DNA of 54,063 nucleotides, from assembly GCA_963575745.1 (NCBI GenBank), contig CAUYUJ010000267.1:62001-116063 (forward strand), in the 5' to 3' direction. Origin of the DNA: Prorocentrum cordatum (lineage: Eukaryota). Of the stretch, positions 24,401 to 35,930 are shown piece after piece. The notes under the pieces were generated by a model, which saw only the letters and a program-made list of their open reading frames with translations, ran no database searches and was not told the DNA's origin. A program made the translations under genes and the position numbers. Every line of letters begins with the position of its first letter. Position 1 is the first letter of the stretch.

Positions 24401-25689
24401 CTGCAGCCAGCCTTTCAAGACGCGCCGAGTGGGTCCCACGATGCATCCGACGGGCTCCAAGATACCCCCCACGACAATCTGCACGAGGGCCTCGGTATGA
24501 GAGACGCGCATGCGTTCCTGCCTGCTGTCTCATCGCTGTAATTCCATTCCCCCGTGCTTCGATCGAACGTGTGCTAACTTTCGATCTTCGAGAGCCCAGC
24601 CGCCACCGAGAGCCCCAAGGGGACAGTCGGCCCAGGACGACGCCAAGGAAACCTCGAACTGGCCCAAGACGAGGAGGAGGAGGAGGAGAGGGAAGAGCCC
24701 CCCCCCCTCCTCCTCCTCCTCCTCCTCCTCCTCCTCCTCCTCCTCCTCCTCCTCCTCCTCCTCGAGGAGCAGGGGCAGGAGGAGGAGGAGGAGGAGGTGG
24801 AGGAGGAGGAGGGGAGAGGGAAGGGGCCCCCAGAGGACCCAAGAAGACTCCAAGACGGCCCCGCGACTGCCTTACCAAGACGGATCCCGGGAACCCTCCC
24901 CCACATACTGGTCCCATGAAGACCCCGAGCATATCCTCGAGAGGCCCCCGAGGGCTCCAAAAAGCACCCCTGAGAGTTAAAATGGCTCCAAGATGCCGCC
25001 CTGAAGGTCTCCAAGAGGCCCCCAAGAAACCCGTCAGCAGACGCGGAGGGAGACGAGGACGAGCCAGTCACAGCTGCACGCAAGCAGCATGTGGGGAAGC
25101 GGCAATCAACACACGCGACACTGGCAGCCGCACATGACATCCTCTGGGGGCTGGCGACATGACTCAAGTCTCTGGAATTATGATGTCCCCATCGTACTTA
25201 ATGACCACATCCAAAAATAATTTCGAGCACCCATGAAAGTGTCAAACGAGTGTCGAAACAGTGTCGGACGAGTGCCTCCCAGGGCCCGACACGCGACAGC
25301 CTTCCAATGTCGGCACTTTCCTGGTGCTCGAAACTCTCTCCGGTGATCAAGGCTAAAACAAGTTGGAACATCATAACTCTGGAACGGAAACCACGAAAAA
25401 AGTAGCATCGTAAGCATACTCGTCGGTAGGCCCATGCGGACGTCTTGGGTCGGCGCTGGGCCCCTGCGCCCTGGCGTGCGGCGGACCGCGCCAGGGGGCG
25501 GCGCTGGAGAAGCCGCCGAGGGGGCGGCCAGCGCCGACCCAGGCAGCCCACGCGGACCTCCAGAGGAGTTCCTGCTTGTGCCGTCCTGTGGGTCCTCGAG
25601 GGGGCGAGGAGGAACGGGCAGGAGATCGAGGAGGCTGGATCTGGCGCAGGAGGCGGATCCCGAGGAGGAGGGTGGGGGCGGGGGCGCTC

Positions 25690-25745
25690 CCGAAACCGAG
25701 CTCGGCGGGGGGGCCGTACATGCCGCTCACCACGTAGGCGAATGC
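25690..25745 (-). CDS. SEC61A: Sec61 alpha exon (AFAYVVSGMYGPPAELGF-G)
   Basis: 56 nt. Conserved YV.SGMYG.P.ELG motif; CAG|GC acceptor, GG|GA donor. Confidence 0.94.
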
Positions 25746-26013
25746 CTGCGCGTCGGCGGGACAAGCGGGGGGCGGAGAGCAAGCCTGATTAAGACTGATC
25801 GGCGATGCTGCAATACGCCTTCCCGCCCCGAGGCTACTCCACATGGGTCCCTGCCCGGGGACTGCTCGCCGCTGCTCGGCGCGCCCCCCCTTGAGACACG
25901 GGCGCCCCCACATTGGACCACAGGCCGGGCGGGAGCTCCGCCGTGGAGAAAGCGCCGGGCGTCCTGCGAGCGACGAGGAGAACCAGCGAGGAGGGCACGG
26001 GGAGCCCCGCCAA

Positions 26014-26167
26014 TAGGGGGCCACACGCGAACCCTACCCCTACCCCCCACGATTTCTAAGGGGGGGGGGGGGGTCACTTCGCTCGGGGGCTCCCAGAAGA
26101 AGTGAACCCCGCCCTCCCCCTCAGAAATCGTGGGGGGTTAGGGGTAGGGTTCGCGTGTGGCCCCCTA
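26014..26167. mobile_element. MITE family H (hairpin-like, about 50-bp TIR)
   Basis: TAGGGGGCCACACGCGAACCCTACCCCTA...TAGGGGTAGGGTTCGCGTGTGGCCCCCTA; 5-bp TSD GCCAA. One arm recurs at about 28220-28270. Confidence 0.88.
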
Positions 26168-26212
26168 GCCAAACGACGTGCACGCCCAGCCACGCCTGCC
26201 CCCCACAGGTCC

Positions 26213-26443
26213 TTGGGCGCCCGAGTTATCCGGGGTAACTCGGGTCCGGGGTAACGCGGGTTTGGATTCCCGAAAAACGAACCCGAGTTATCCCTGACCC
26301 GAGTTACCCCTGATGATTTGGGTCTCTGGACGCCCGAGTTATCCGGGGTAACTCGGGCCCGGGGTAACTCGGGTTCGGAATCCCGAGAAGCGAACCCGAG
26401 GTAGCCCTGACCCGAGTTACCCCTGATGATTCGGGGGCTCTGA
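26213..26443. repeat. Two tandem 113-bp units rich in inverted CCCGAGTTAC/GTAACTCGGG motifs
   Basis: CGCCCGAGTTATCC at 26218 and 26331. Confidence 0.85.
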
Positions 26444-26949
26444 GGTCCAGCAATCACGCAGGCCGCCGTCGGCACGGGCGCCCGTGCCGCGGCAGAGGCG
26501 CCGCCTCGACGGACCCCGCTCGAGAACTGCAGAGGCCACGGAGAACTGGAGCTCTCGGAGGACCCGGGCGGGTGGCAGTGGAGGAGGAGGAGGAGGAGGA
26601 GGAGGAGGAGGAGGAGGAGGAGGAGGAGGAGGAGGAGGAGGCGGAGGAGGAGGAGGGGGAGGAGACCCAAATGGGGGGTGAAGGAAAGGGCCCCAACAGG
26701 GGCCCTCTGAGGGCCTCTGTGGGAGCCGGCAGGGGCCGAGAAGGGGCCCCAGAGTGTCCCTTCAGGACCCGTTCCTCACCCCACCCCTTGCTGGCCACCG
26801 CGCACTACCACCTGCCCGAATGACACGTTCCCGCGCCTTCTAAGAAGGAGGGGTGCGTCTAAGCAGCCCTCCCCCCTCCCCCCTCCCCCTCTCTGCGCGT
26901 GGCTGAGTAGTCGGGGAATCAAGCGGACGAAGGGACCCCGTCGTAGTCC

Positions 26950-27600
26950 TGGGGGCGAGGGGGAGGGGGAGGGGGGAGGAGGGGGAGGACGGGGAGGAGG
27001 AGAGGGAAGGGTGAGGGGGAGGGGGGGGGGAGGAGGAGAGGAGAGGGGAGGGAGGAGGGGAGGGAGGGGAGGAGAGGGGAGGGAGGGGGGGGAAGGGGAG
27101 AGGGAGCAGGAGAGGAGAGGAGGGAGGAGGGGAGGGAAAGGGCGAGGGGAGGGGGAAGGAGGAGGAGGGGGAGGAGAGGGAGGAAGAGGGGTCGGCCCGC
27201 CGATCGCCGTCGGCCTCCGCGGCCCCGCGCGCGGCCCCCTTCCCGCAGCTTCCAGACCCGCCACCTGGCGGGCTCGGCAGCGCAGGAGGGGCTGCGCCAG
27301 GCACGGGGGCCCACGAGGCATGTGCGCGGAGGAGAAAGGGAGGAGGAGGAGGAGGAGGAGGAGGCGGAGGAGGAGGAGGAGGAGCAGGAGGAGGAGGAGG
27401 AGGAGGAGGAGCAGGAGGGGGAGGAGGAGGAGGAGGAGGAGGAGAAGGAGGAGGAGGAGGAGGAGGAGGAGGAGGAGGAGCAGGAGGAGAGGAGGAGGAG
27501 GAGGAGAGGAGGGGGAGGAGGAGGAGGAGGAGGAGGAGGAGGAGGAGGGGGAGGAGAGGAGGGGGAGGAGGAGGAGGAGGAGCAGGGAGGAGCAGGGAGG
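26950..27600 (+). repeat. Longest of many polypurine (GAG/GGA)n tracts (others ~12240, 22265, 24670, 26580, 28795, 37780, 40950, 41810, 44480, 48525; pyrimidine-strand copies ~22490, 29450, 44260)
   Basis: Direct reading; source of the poly-E/R/G/S/L/P ORFs. Confidence 0.95.
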
Positions 27601-27783
27601 AGGGGCTCGAGATGTGAATGGGGATGGGGATAGGGATCGGTTAAACGATACTGGAGAACTCCGTTCCCAAAGACCACCCCCCCCAAGCTGGCGGCACTCC
27701 GCTCCGGGCACCCTCTGGGGGCGCGCCCCGAGCGGGGTGCCACCAGCTCGGGGGTGGGGGGGGAGCGGCCGGCCCCCGTAGCT

Positions 27784-27942
27784 CTAGGTCGGGCATGTCC
27801 TCCTGCAGGCGGAGCTTGGAAGAAAATGAAACATGGGGAACACATGCTCAAAAACAGTTCAACATAGCCAAACAAACATCCCCTGACTATTTGTTCGACT
27901 ATTCTTGAACATTCCTCCTGTAGAGGGCCATGCCCGACCGAA
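27784..27942. mobile_element. MITE family E copy
   Basis: CTAGGTCGGGCATGTCC...GGCCATGCCCGACC; TSD matches at 6/8 (CCGTAGCT/GTGTAGCT). Confidence 0.8.
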
Positions 27943-28546
27943 GTGTAGCTGGTGGTGGTGGTTCTCTCTTCTCTGGTGAGACGTGGGCCCGCGCGCGGGC
28001 GTGAGCGTGCTTTTGGCAGCGAGGCCCGAGGCCTGCGGCCTCGCGCGCGCGTCGGTCTCTGAGATAACCGGTTGGGCCGCACAGCCGTGGGAGGGGGTCG
28101 CCGCTCTCCGCTCGCGCCAGGTCGCGCAACTTCGGCCCGTGGCTACGAGGCGGGGATTTGTCCATATCCATCGCGTGGGGAACCGACGCCCTGCGCCCCC
28201 AGCGTGCGGTGGACAGGGCAGGGGGCCACATGCGAACCCTACCCCTACCCCCCACGATTTCTGAGGGGGAGGGGGATGTTTCCGATCCCCTAAAATAGCG
28301 TGATAGCATATTCAGATGATCCCCCGCCCTCCTCTACATCTTCCTCCGCTCCCGCCAGCGGTGCGACAAGAGAACACGTCGGTGATCAACACGTGTGCAG
28401 AATGTTCTCCTACTTCGCCCAGCGGAGCGGTGGAAGAGGCCAACGCGCAAGAGCATGACATATGGAGTAAGACACAACTGCGTTTTTCAGAAACTTGTGG
28501 AGATCCGCGCGGATTCCGTGGCTCTGCGCCGACTCCCCCTCTCCCC

Positions 28547-28625
28547 GTCGCTCGGACGTCCATTCCCTGTGTTTTTGTTTCGGTTTCGTGCGTGGTTTCT
28601 TCGCAGTATGATCCAGGATGCTCCT
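28547..28625 (+). repeat. Dispersed repeat family K (also ~18378-18445, ~48967-49020, ~49543-49620)
   Basis: Shared CGCTCGGACGTCCATTCCC.GTG...TCGTGCGTG...ATGATC.AGGATGCTC. Confidence 0.7.
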
Positions 28626-29786
28626 GCATAATCCCCGCCGAGATAAGGTGCACTCGTCCGAGCGATACCGAGCCCTCCCCTGCGCGCGCAGCGCGCCAGG
28701 AGCGGCGCTTGAGGCGCCGCCCGGGGGCGCTAGCGCCGACCCCGGATATTCTCGCAGGGTTCCGACAATCATTTCCTTCAAGTTCTTCTTCTTCTTGGAG
28801 GAGGAGGAGGAGGAGCAGGAGGGGGAAGAGGAGGAGGAGGGGGAGGTGGAGGAGGGGGAGGAGGAGGAAGAGGGGGATGAGGAAGAGGAGGAGGAGGAGG
28901 AGGAGGAGGAGGAGGAGGAGGAAACGGAGGAGGTGCCACTTAGCGGGCGAAGAACGGTAAACTGTTCCGTCACCGGGGGCTCCTGTCCAGGCGGCTGAAA
29001 AGTCTATATCCTGACGTGGCCCCGTAGGGATACGCACTTTCCAGCCGCCCTGGGAAAAGCACCCCCGACGGCGGAAAGGGCTTCTTTGATACCGCTCTTC
29101 CACCGTCACGCCGCACAGAGTCCTGGATGCTGGGGCCGTAGCTGCAGACAGTTCAAGCGGGACGCATGGCACCGCTGCTGCCCGCAGCCCCCAGGACGAG
29201 GGCTGGCCCGCCTGTCCCGGCCAGCCCGAGGGACCAGACATCCAGCGCGGTGGCACGGACCCCTGGAGGTCTGAACCCACTTTCGGGGACCTGCCCTTCA
29301 CCCCGAGCCGCTTCCGACGGCCCTGGAGGCCGAAGATTGGCCCAAGAGCCTGCCGTCGCGTGGTTGTTCCCTACGCGACAGGGTTGCAGCACCGGCTTGG
29401 CCGCCCCGGGCGCACCGCTGCGGTTCCCGCTGCGTGAGAGCCTGTCCCTTCCCCCTCCTTCCCCCTCCTTCCCCTCTCCTTCCCCTCCTTCCCCTCCTTC
29501 CCCCTCCTCCCCCCTCTCTTCCCCTCCCCCTCTCTTCCCCTCCCCCTCTCTTCCCCCTCCTTCCCCCTCCCTCCCCCTCCTTCCCCCTCCCTCCCCCTCC
29601 TTCCCCCTCCCGCGGCCAATCCTCTCTTCCCCCTCTTTCCCCTCCTGCACACGGGCAATTCGCAACGGCGTCCCCGGCCTTGCCCGAGCGCGCGCGCGGA
29701 CTGCCCCTGCCGCGCTGCGACGCAAAAGTGTTTGCCGCTCCCTACGCTTGTGGATGCCATGACAATGGGCACTCGAACAATCCGAT

Positions 29787-29943
29787 AAGTGAATCCCACC
29801 AGCCCTCTGGGCGTCGGTGGTCTGGAGAGTTTCCCCTTCCAACCCCCTTCTTCCCTTTCGGGGAGGAGTTTACCCCTCCCCCTACCCCCTCCCCTGGACC
29901 TGAACGGGGGGTTCCGCGGGTCGTTGGGGCGTCCAAGATGGCC
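29787..29943. mobile_element. 157-bp insertion flanked by a 24-bp direct repeat
   Basis: CAATGG(G/A)CACTC(G/T)AACAATCCGAT at 29763-29786 and 29944-29967 (22/24); no TIR seen. Confidence 0.55.
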
Positions 29944-30158
29944 CAATGGACACTCTAACAATCCGATCGTTGAATTGAAGATGTGTTTAACATGTGCAAA
30001 ACATGTTCCAAACATGCGTCAGGCATGTGTCTTACAGATTCAAAACCTGTCTGAAACATCTTCTGGACATCTGGGGATTATTTGGCAGCACGTTGCCTCT
30101 CCATTATGATCGACCTCCACAGCCCTACGTGAGGAGATCTGGGGAGGGGAGCTCTGGA

Positions 30159-30545
30159 TCGGAAGCGGCCAAGAGGGGGGTGTCCAAGAGGGGGGGGTGC
30201 AAATCCTGACCGGCGGCATGTGCGCGGCCCAGCGGAAGGGCCAGGGACGCAATGAAACCAGAAGCGGCGCCATGAGATCTGGGGAAATAACATGGCCCCC
30301 GCCATGAGATCCACCCCCCCGCCTAGTCAGCCCCCCCCTCCCAAACCCCCGACGTCATGATTTTTTCATGACGCGACCCCCAGAGGTCCGGACACATTCC
30401 CCGGGACCGGTTTTTCATCCATCCCGAGTCGTTTTTTGACGGTCCTGAGGGCCGGTAAGGGTCCCCAGAGGCCGTCAATAGCGAAAAACCTTCCGTCGTG
30501 ATTTTTTCATGACTCGAGGGGGTCTGGGCTCTTTGCCGCCCCCGA
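30159..30545. mobile_element. MITE family C copy interrupted by family D
   Basis: Ends TCGGAAGCGG...CCGCCCCCGA; 5-bp TSD CTGGA. Ends 25 bp from the donor of the 30571 exon. Confidence 0.88.
30340..30528. mobile_element. MITE family D (CCC...GGG ends, 2-bp TSD CT)
   Basis: TIR CCCA(A/G)ACCCCC / GGGGGTCTGGG. Removing it plus one CT restores the family C end seen at 21225-21246. Confidence 0.85.
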
Positions 30546-30570
30546 CTGGAGGGAGGGCGGGAGGGGGCGC

Positions 30571-30625
30571 CTCTCCGAGGGTGATCAGCAGGCCGAAGAG
30601 CTTCTGCGCCCCGAAAAAGAGGTTC
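30571..30625 (-). CDS. SEC61A: Sec61 alpha exon (R-NLFFGAQKLFGLLITLGE)
   Basis: 55 nt. Conserved LF.GAQKLFG motif; GAG|G acceptor, AG|GC donor. Confidence 0.95.
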
Positions 30626-30717
30626 CTCCGCCCGCCGCGCGCCGGCCGGCCGCGCGGGCCGCGCGCCCCGGCCAGGGCCGGGGGCTTTTTTGGGGGGGGC
30701 AGTTCCAGGGGAGAAGC

Positions 30718-30900
30718 AGGGGGGCGAGGACCCAGACGAGGCCAGGACGAGGTCAGGAGGCAGCTACTGGGAGGCCTTTTCGTCGGAAGGACCAAGGAGG
30801 ATGAAGCCCCATCGGGGGGGCGAGGACCCAGACGAGGCCAGGACGAGGTCAGGAGGCAGCTACTGGGAGGTTTTTTCGTCGGAGGGGTCAAGGAGGATCG
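30718..30900 (+). repeat. Tandem duplication, about 95 bp x 2
   Basis: GGGGGCGAGGACCCAGACGAGGCCAGGACGAGGTCAGGAGGCAGCTACTGGGAGG occurs twice. Confidence 0.9.
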
Positions 30901-31069
30901 AGCCCCACTGGGGGGCTGTTGCGCCAGAGTGGGCCTCGGATCAAGCAGGACTCAGCCGGATTAAGCTGGATTCATCAAGCGGGATTAAGCCGGATTAAGC
31001 GGGATTTCGGACCAGGGCTAAATCAGGATCTGACCTCCCAGGAGTTGCATCCGAAATGATGAGGACAAA

Positions 31070-31180
31070 GCGAGAATCTCCGAGATCCAGCGGCTCTGGA
31101 GGAGATGTCTGGCGTCAGAGCCGTCTCGGAGCGTTCCGGAACGCTCTGGAACGGACCTATCCTCGTCCTAGCCCCGCTCG
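31070..31180 (+). repeat. Dispersed repeat family B (also 35356-35490 and 50119-50430)
   Basis: Shared CGAGAATCTC.GA.AT...CGGCTCTG...CGTTCC.GAACGCT.TG...ATCCTCGT. Confidence 0.8.
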
Positions 31181-31651
31181 AAGGACGGAAGATGGCGATG
31201 GCGACAGCGTGGGGAACGATGCCACCAACGACATCGACACAGAAAAAACACTGTGGGCAATCCTACCGCCAGACCGTTCTCGCACGTTCCTCCCCAGGCA
31301 AGACGAAGCGTGCGGGAAAGGAGAGCGGAAGGTGATGGCTACAATCAAGCTGCTACCAGAAGGGGCGCTGAATAAGGAGCACAACCCCTTTTTCGCCACA
31401 AACGCGACTAGGGTGCAAGAGGATCGCCGCTGGAGGAATAACCATAGAAGGACCTAAGGAGTAGTGAGCCCTTCCGAACCCAAAGTGCTCCTCATTTCAA
31501 CGTCGTGGCTGCAGGATGGAGATGAGTAACCGTGCCAGGCAGAAGCTCAACACACATCTCTGAATCTGCAAGGAACCTCTTTTCGGAGGAGGAATCTCTT
31601 CATCCCAAGTCACCTGGCTGCCACTTCAGGAGAGCTTTTGAAAAACTCGCC

Positions 31652-32218
31652 GACCCTTCGGCATGCGTGGGACGCTTTTCCGTTTGAGTCGTCGTCGTCG
31701 TCCGCCCTTCCGTGCGTCCGCGTCCTCGTCCTCGTCTTCGTCGTCGTCGTCGTCGTCCTCGTCCTCGTCCCGCTCCGAGCTCCCCTCCTTTCCCTCGGCC
31801 CCCCTCCTTGAACGATCCAGTCCAGACAACGTAACCGATTAAACGTCGCAATTTGGTTGTGAAGCCCTGCCTTGTGTTACCCTTCTGCCTGGGGGGGGTC
31901 CGGGTCCGGGGAGTGTGTCCCCCCGGGGCGTACCCCCCCCCCCCCGCGATCCCCCCTCCTGTGGACAAATAGGCTGGGGGGGTGGTCTCCCCATCGGCAG
32001 GGGAGATGAGGGCCCCTCCCCCCGCCTCGGCCCGGGCCCTGGCTCCAGCCCGGGCCCCAGCAAAGAGACCGAGAGGCTCCAACGAGACCCCTTCGGCAAG
32101 CGAGGGAAGCTTTTCCGTTTGAAACATCATGGTCGTCGTCGTCGTCCTCGTCCGTCGTCGCCGTCGTCGATGCCGTCGTCGTTGTCGTCGTCGTCGTCGT
32201 CGTCCGTCGTCGTGGTCC

Positions 32219-32249
<31 letters not shown>

Positions 32250-32286
32250 CGTCCGTCGTGGTCGTGGTCGTGGTCGTGGTCGTCGT

Positions 32287-32329
<43 letters not shown>

Positions 32330-33301
32330 GTCGTCGTCGTCGTCTTCTGTCGTCGACGTCGTCGTCGTCGTCCGTCGTCGTCGTCGTCGTTGTCGTCGTG
32401 GGTCGTTGTCGACGTCGTCGTCCCGTCGTCGGTCGTCGTCGTCGGTCGTGTCGTCGTCGCCGTCGTCCGTCGTCGTCGGCTCCGTCGTCGCGGTCGTCCC
32501 GTCCGTTGGTCGTCGTCGTCGGCGGCGTCCGTCGGTCGTCGCGTCTCGTCGTCAGCCCGTTCGAGCGGTCCTGTGTTGTTGTGGTCGTGGTCGTCCGTCG
32601 TCGTCGTCCCCCGCGTGTCGTCCGACGACGTCGTCGCGCATCGCCGACCGTTGTCGTCGTCGTTCGTCGTGGTTGTGCTCCGTCGTCGTGCCGTCGTCGA
32701 CGATCGCGTCCCGCGAGGCGTCTCGTCGGTCGTCAGCCGTCGGCGTGTCGTGTCGTGTCGTGTCTACGGGGGGTCGTCGTCGACGTCGTCGTCGTCCTCT
32801 TCGTCGGTCGTCGTCGTCGTCGACGACGTCGACTTCGGCGTTGTCGTCGTCGTCGTCCGTCGTCGGCGTCGTCATCGTCGTCCGTCGTCGCAATCGTCGG
32901 CGTCGTCGTCGTCGTCGTCGTCGTCGTCCTTGTCGTCGCCGTCCGTCGTCGTCGTCGTCGTCGTCGTTCGTCGTCTGCGTCGTCGTCGTCGTCCGTCGTC
33001 GTCATTCGTCGTGGTCGTTGTCGTCGTCGTCGTAGACGTAGTCGTCGTCGTCGTCCGTCGTCGTCGTCGTCGTCGTCGGCCCCGGCCCTGGCTCAAGCCC
33101 AGGCCCCAGCAAAGAGACCAAGAGGCTCCAACGAGACCCCTTCGGCAAGCGAGGGACGCCTTTCCGTTTGAGTCACCATCGTCGTCGTCGTCGTCGTCCT
33201 CGTCCGTCGTCGTCGTCGTCGGTGTCGTCGACGCCGTCGTCGTCGTCGTCGTCGTCCGTCGGCGTCGTCGTTGTCCGCCGTCCGTCGTCGTGGTCGTGGT
33301 G

Positions 33302-33333
<32 letters not shown>

Positions 33334-33478
33334 AGTCTGGCGTGGTCGTCGTCGTCGACGACGTCGACGTCGTCGTCTCAGTCGTCCGTTGTCGTCGTCC
33401 GACGTCGTCGTCCTCGTCCGTCGTCGCCGTCGTCGTTGCCATTGTCGTTGTCGTCGTCGTCGTCCGTCGTCGTCCGTC

Positions 33479-33513
<35 letters not shown>

Positions 33514-33648
33514 CGTCCGTCGTGGTCGTGGTCGTGGGTCGTTGTCGACGTCGTCGTCCGTCATCGTCTTTGTCGACGTCGTCGTCCGTCATCGTCTTCG
33601 TCGTCGTCGTCGTCGTCGTCCGTCGTCGTCGTCGTCCGTCGTCGTCGT

Positions 33649-33684
<36 letters not shown>

Positions 33685-34279
33685 GTCGGCGTCGTCGTCG
33701 TCGTCGTCGTCAGCCGTCGTCGTCCTTTTTTGTGGTCGTGGTCGTGTCGTCGTCGTCCGTCGTGGTCGTCCGACGACGTCGTCGTCCTTCGTAGACCGTT
33801 GTCGTCGTCGTCGTCGTGTCGTCGTCGTCGTCCGTCGTCGACGTCGTCGTCGCCGTCCGTCGTCGTCGTCGTCGTCGTCGTCGGCGTCGTCCGTCGTCAA
33901 CGTCGTCGTCGTCGTCGTCCGTCGTCGTCGTCGTCGTTGTCGCGTGGACGACGTCGACGTCGTCGTCGTGTTACGTCGTCGTCGACGACGTCGATCGTCG
34001 ATCGTCGTCGTCGTCGTCGTAGGTCGTGGTCGTGGTCGTGGTCGTCGTCGTCGTCCGTCGTCGTCCGTCGTCGTCGTAGTCCTCGTCATCGTCTCGTCGA
34101 CGTCGTCGTCGTCCTCTTCGTCGGTCGTCGTCGTCGTCGACGACGTCGACTTCGTCGTCGTCGTCGTCGTCGTCGTCGTCCGTCGTCCGTCGTCGTCATC
34201 GTCGTCCGTCGTCGCTCGTCGTTGTCGTCGTCGTCGTCGTCTTGTCGTCATCGTCGTCGTCGCCATCGCCGTCGCCGTT

Positions 34280-34321
<42 letters not shown>

Positions 34322-34613
34322 TCGTCGTCCATCGTACGAATCGTCCGTCGTCGTCGTCGTCGTCGTCCGTCGTCGTCGTCGTCGTCGTCGGCCCCGGCCC
34401 TGGCTCAAGCCCAGGCCCCAGCAAAGAGACCAAGAGGCTCCAACGAGACCCCTTCGGCAAGCGAGGGACGCCTTTCCGTTTGAGTCACCATCGTCGTCGT
34501 CGTCGTCGTCCTCGTCCGTCGTCGTCGTCGTCGGTGTCGTCGACGCCGTCGTCGTCGTCGTCGTCGTCCGTCGGCGTCGTCGTTGTCCGCCGTCCGTCGT
34601 CGTGGTCGTGGTG

Positions 34614-34645
<32 letters not shown>

Positions 34646-34830
34646 CGTCTGGCGTGGTCGTCGTCGTCGACGACGTCGACGTCGTCGTCTTCGTCGTCCG
34701 TTGTCGTCGTCCGACGTCGACATCGACATCGACGTCGTCCGTCGTCGTCGTCGCCGTCGCCGCCGCTGTCGCCGCAGTTGTCGTCATCGGCGTGTGCGTC
34801 GGCGTCGACATCGACGTCGTCGTCGTGATC
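31652..34830 (+). repeat. (GTC)n-derived macrosatellite, 1.0-1.3-kb units separated by a conserved ~100-bp spacer
   Basis: Spacer GGCCCC.GCCCTGGCTC.AGCCC.GGCCCCAGCAAAGAGACC...TTTCCGTTTGA at ~32029, ~33078 and ~34390, partial at ~31652. Confidence 0.92.
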
Positions 34831-35054
34831 GTCATCCCTCCTCCTCCTCCTCCCTTCTTGTCATCCTCCTCCTCCTTCTCTTCCTCCTCCTCCTCCTCCT
34901 GCACATCCTTTTCCTCCTCCACAGCGTCGAACTCTCGACCCGATACTCCTGCGGCCCTTCTCTCGACCCGGGCCGATCCGCGGGGGGGCCCGGGGCAAGA
35001 ATATTGGGAGAGACGGCTCGTCGTGCATCTTTCGCGACGCTGAGATGCCAAGGA

Positions 35055-35225
35055 TTGGCAGCGCGCCCACGGGGGTTGGGTGGGAGGGGGGGGGCTTCTT
35101 AGAAGGAGGCCGCTTCTTAGAAGGCGCCAGCCCTACATCTTTAGAAAAGGCCCGCGCCTTCGAAGAAGCAGGGATGCTTCTAAGAAGCCTCCCCCCTCCC
35201 CCTACTCCCTTCAGCGCGTGGCCGA
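35055..35225. mobile_element. MITE family F copy flanked by a 28-bp duplication
   Basis: Colinear with the 17715 copy. ATCTTTCGCGACGCTGAGATGCCAAGGA at 35027-35054 recurs at 35226-35254 with one extra G. A partial copy lies at about 26830-26900. Confidence 0.85.
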
Positions 35226-35679
35226 ATCTTTCGCGACGCTGAGATGCCAAGGGATGAGGTGCGCAAACACAAAAACGGTATGAGGTGCGCAAACACAAAA
35301 ACGGTATCCATAGGAGACGGAGCCAGAACGATGATAAAGTCGGCTGAGCATGAATCGAGAATCTCCGAGATTTGACGGCTCTGAAAGATGTCTCGGGTGC
35401 CGCGGCCTGCTCAGAACGTTCCAGAACGCTTTGAGAGCTTTCTGGAACGCTCTGGAACTGATAAATCCTCGTCCAGGCCCCGTCCGACGATACCTCAACT
35501 GTGCGACGAGGTCGTGAAGATGCGCAAGGAAGATGCAGGTCCCTTGGACGCCGCACTTGGGGCAGCCGAGAGCCCATGGCCCATGGCTTAGGGTCAGGAC
35601 TGGCCGAGAGAATAGGGTATTTGGAAAGTTGCTCGCCGTTCAGATCCTGTTCTCCTGTACTCCCTGGACCTCTCCACGG

Positions 35680-35930
35680 ATTCTGATCCTCACTTTTCCC
35701 ATCTCGTGATTTACATTCTCGTGACCCTCACTCTGCTGATCCTCGCTCTCCTGCCCCACACTCGCCTGATCCTCACCCCAATGATCATCGCCCGCCCGAT
35801 CCTCATCCTGCTGATCTTCATTCTCCCCAGCCTCGCTATCCTTCTCAACGCTCGCCTGATTCTCACCCGCGTGACAATCACTCTCCTGATCCTCACCCTG
35901 GTGATCCTCACCCTGCTGATCCTCACCCGC
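35680..35930 (+). repeat. Degenerate ~15-bp repeat (TGATCCTCACCCTGC-like)
   Basis: Recurring TGATCCTCAC; yields the QGEDQ/ILTL/RVRIR ORFs. Confidence 0.75.

Noticed and set aside
33089..33097. TGGCTCAAG, the 3' end of DinoSL (also at ~34401), and an AGCCATTTT-like match near 24980 on the minus strand
   Set aside because: Only 9 nt long, inside repeats, with no downstream ORF; compatible with chance.
31915..35102. ORFs up to 784 aa of poly-V/R/S
   Set aside because: (GTC)n simple-repeat artefacts.
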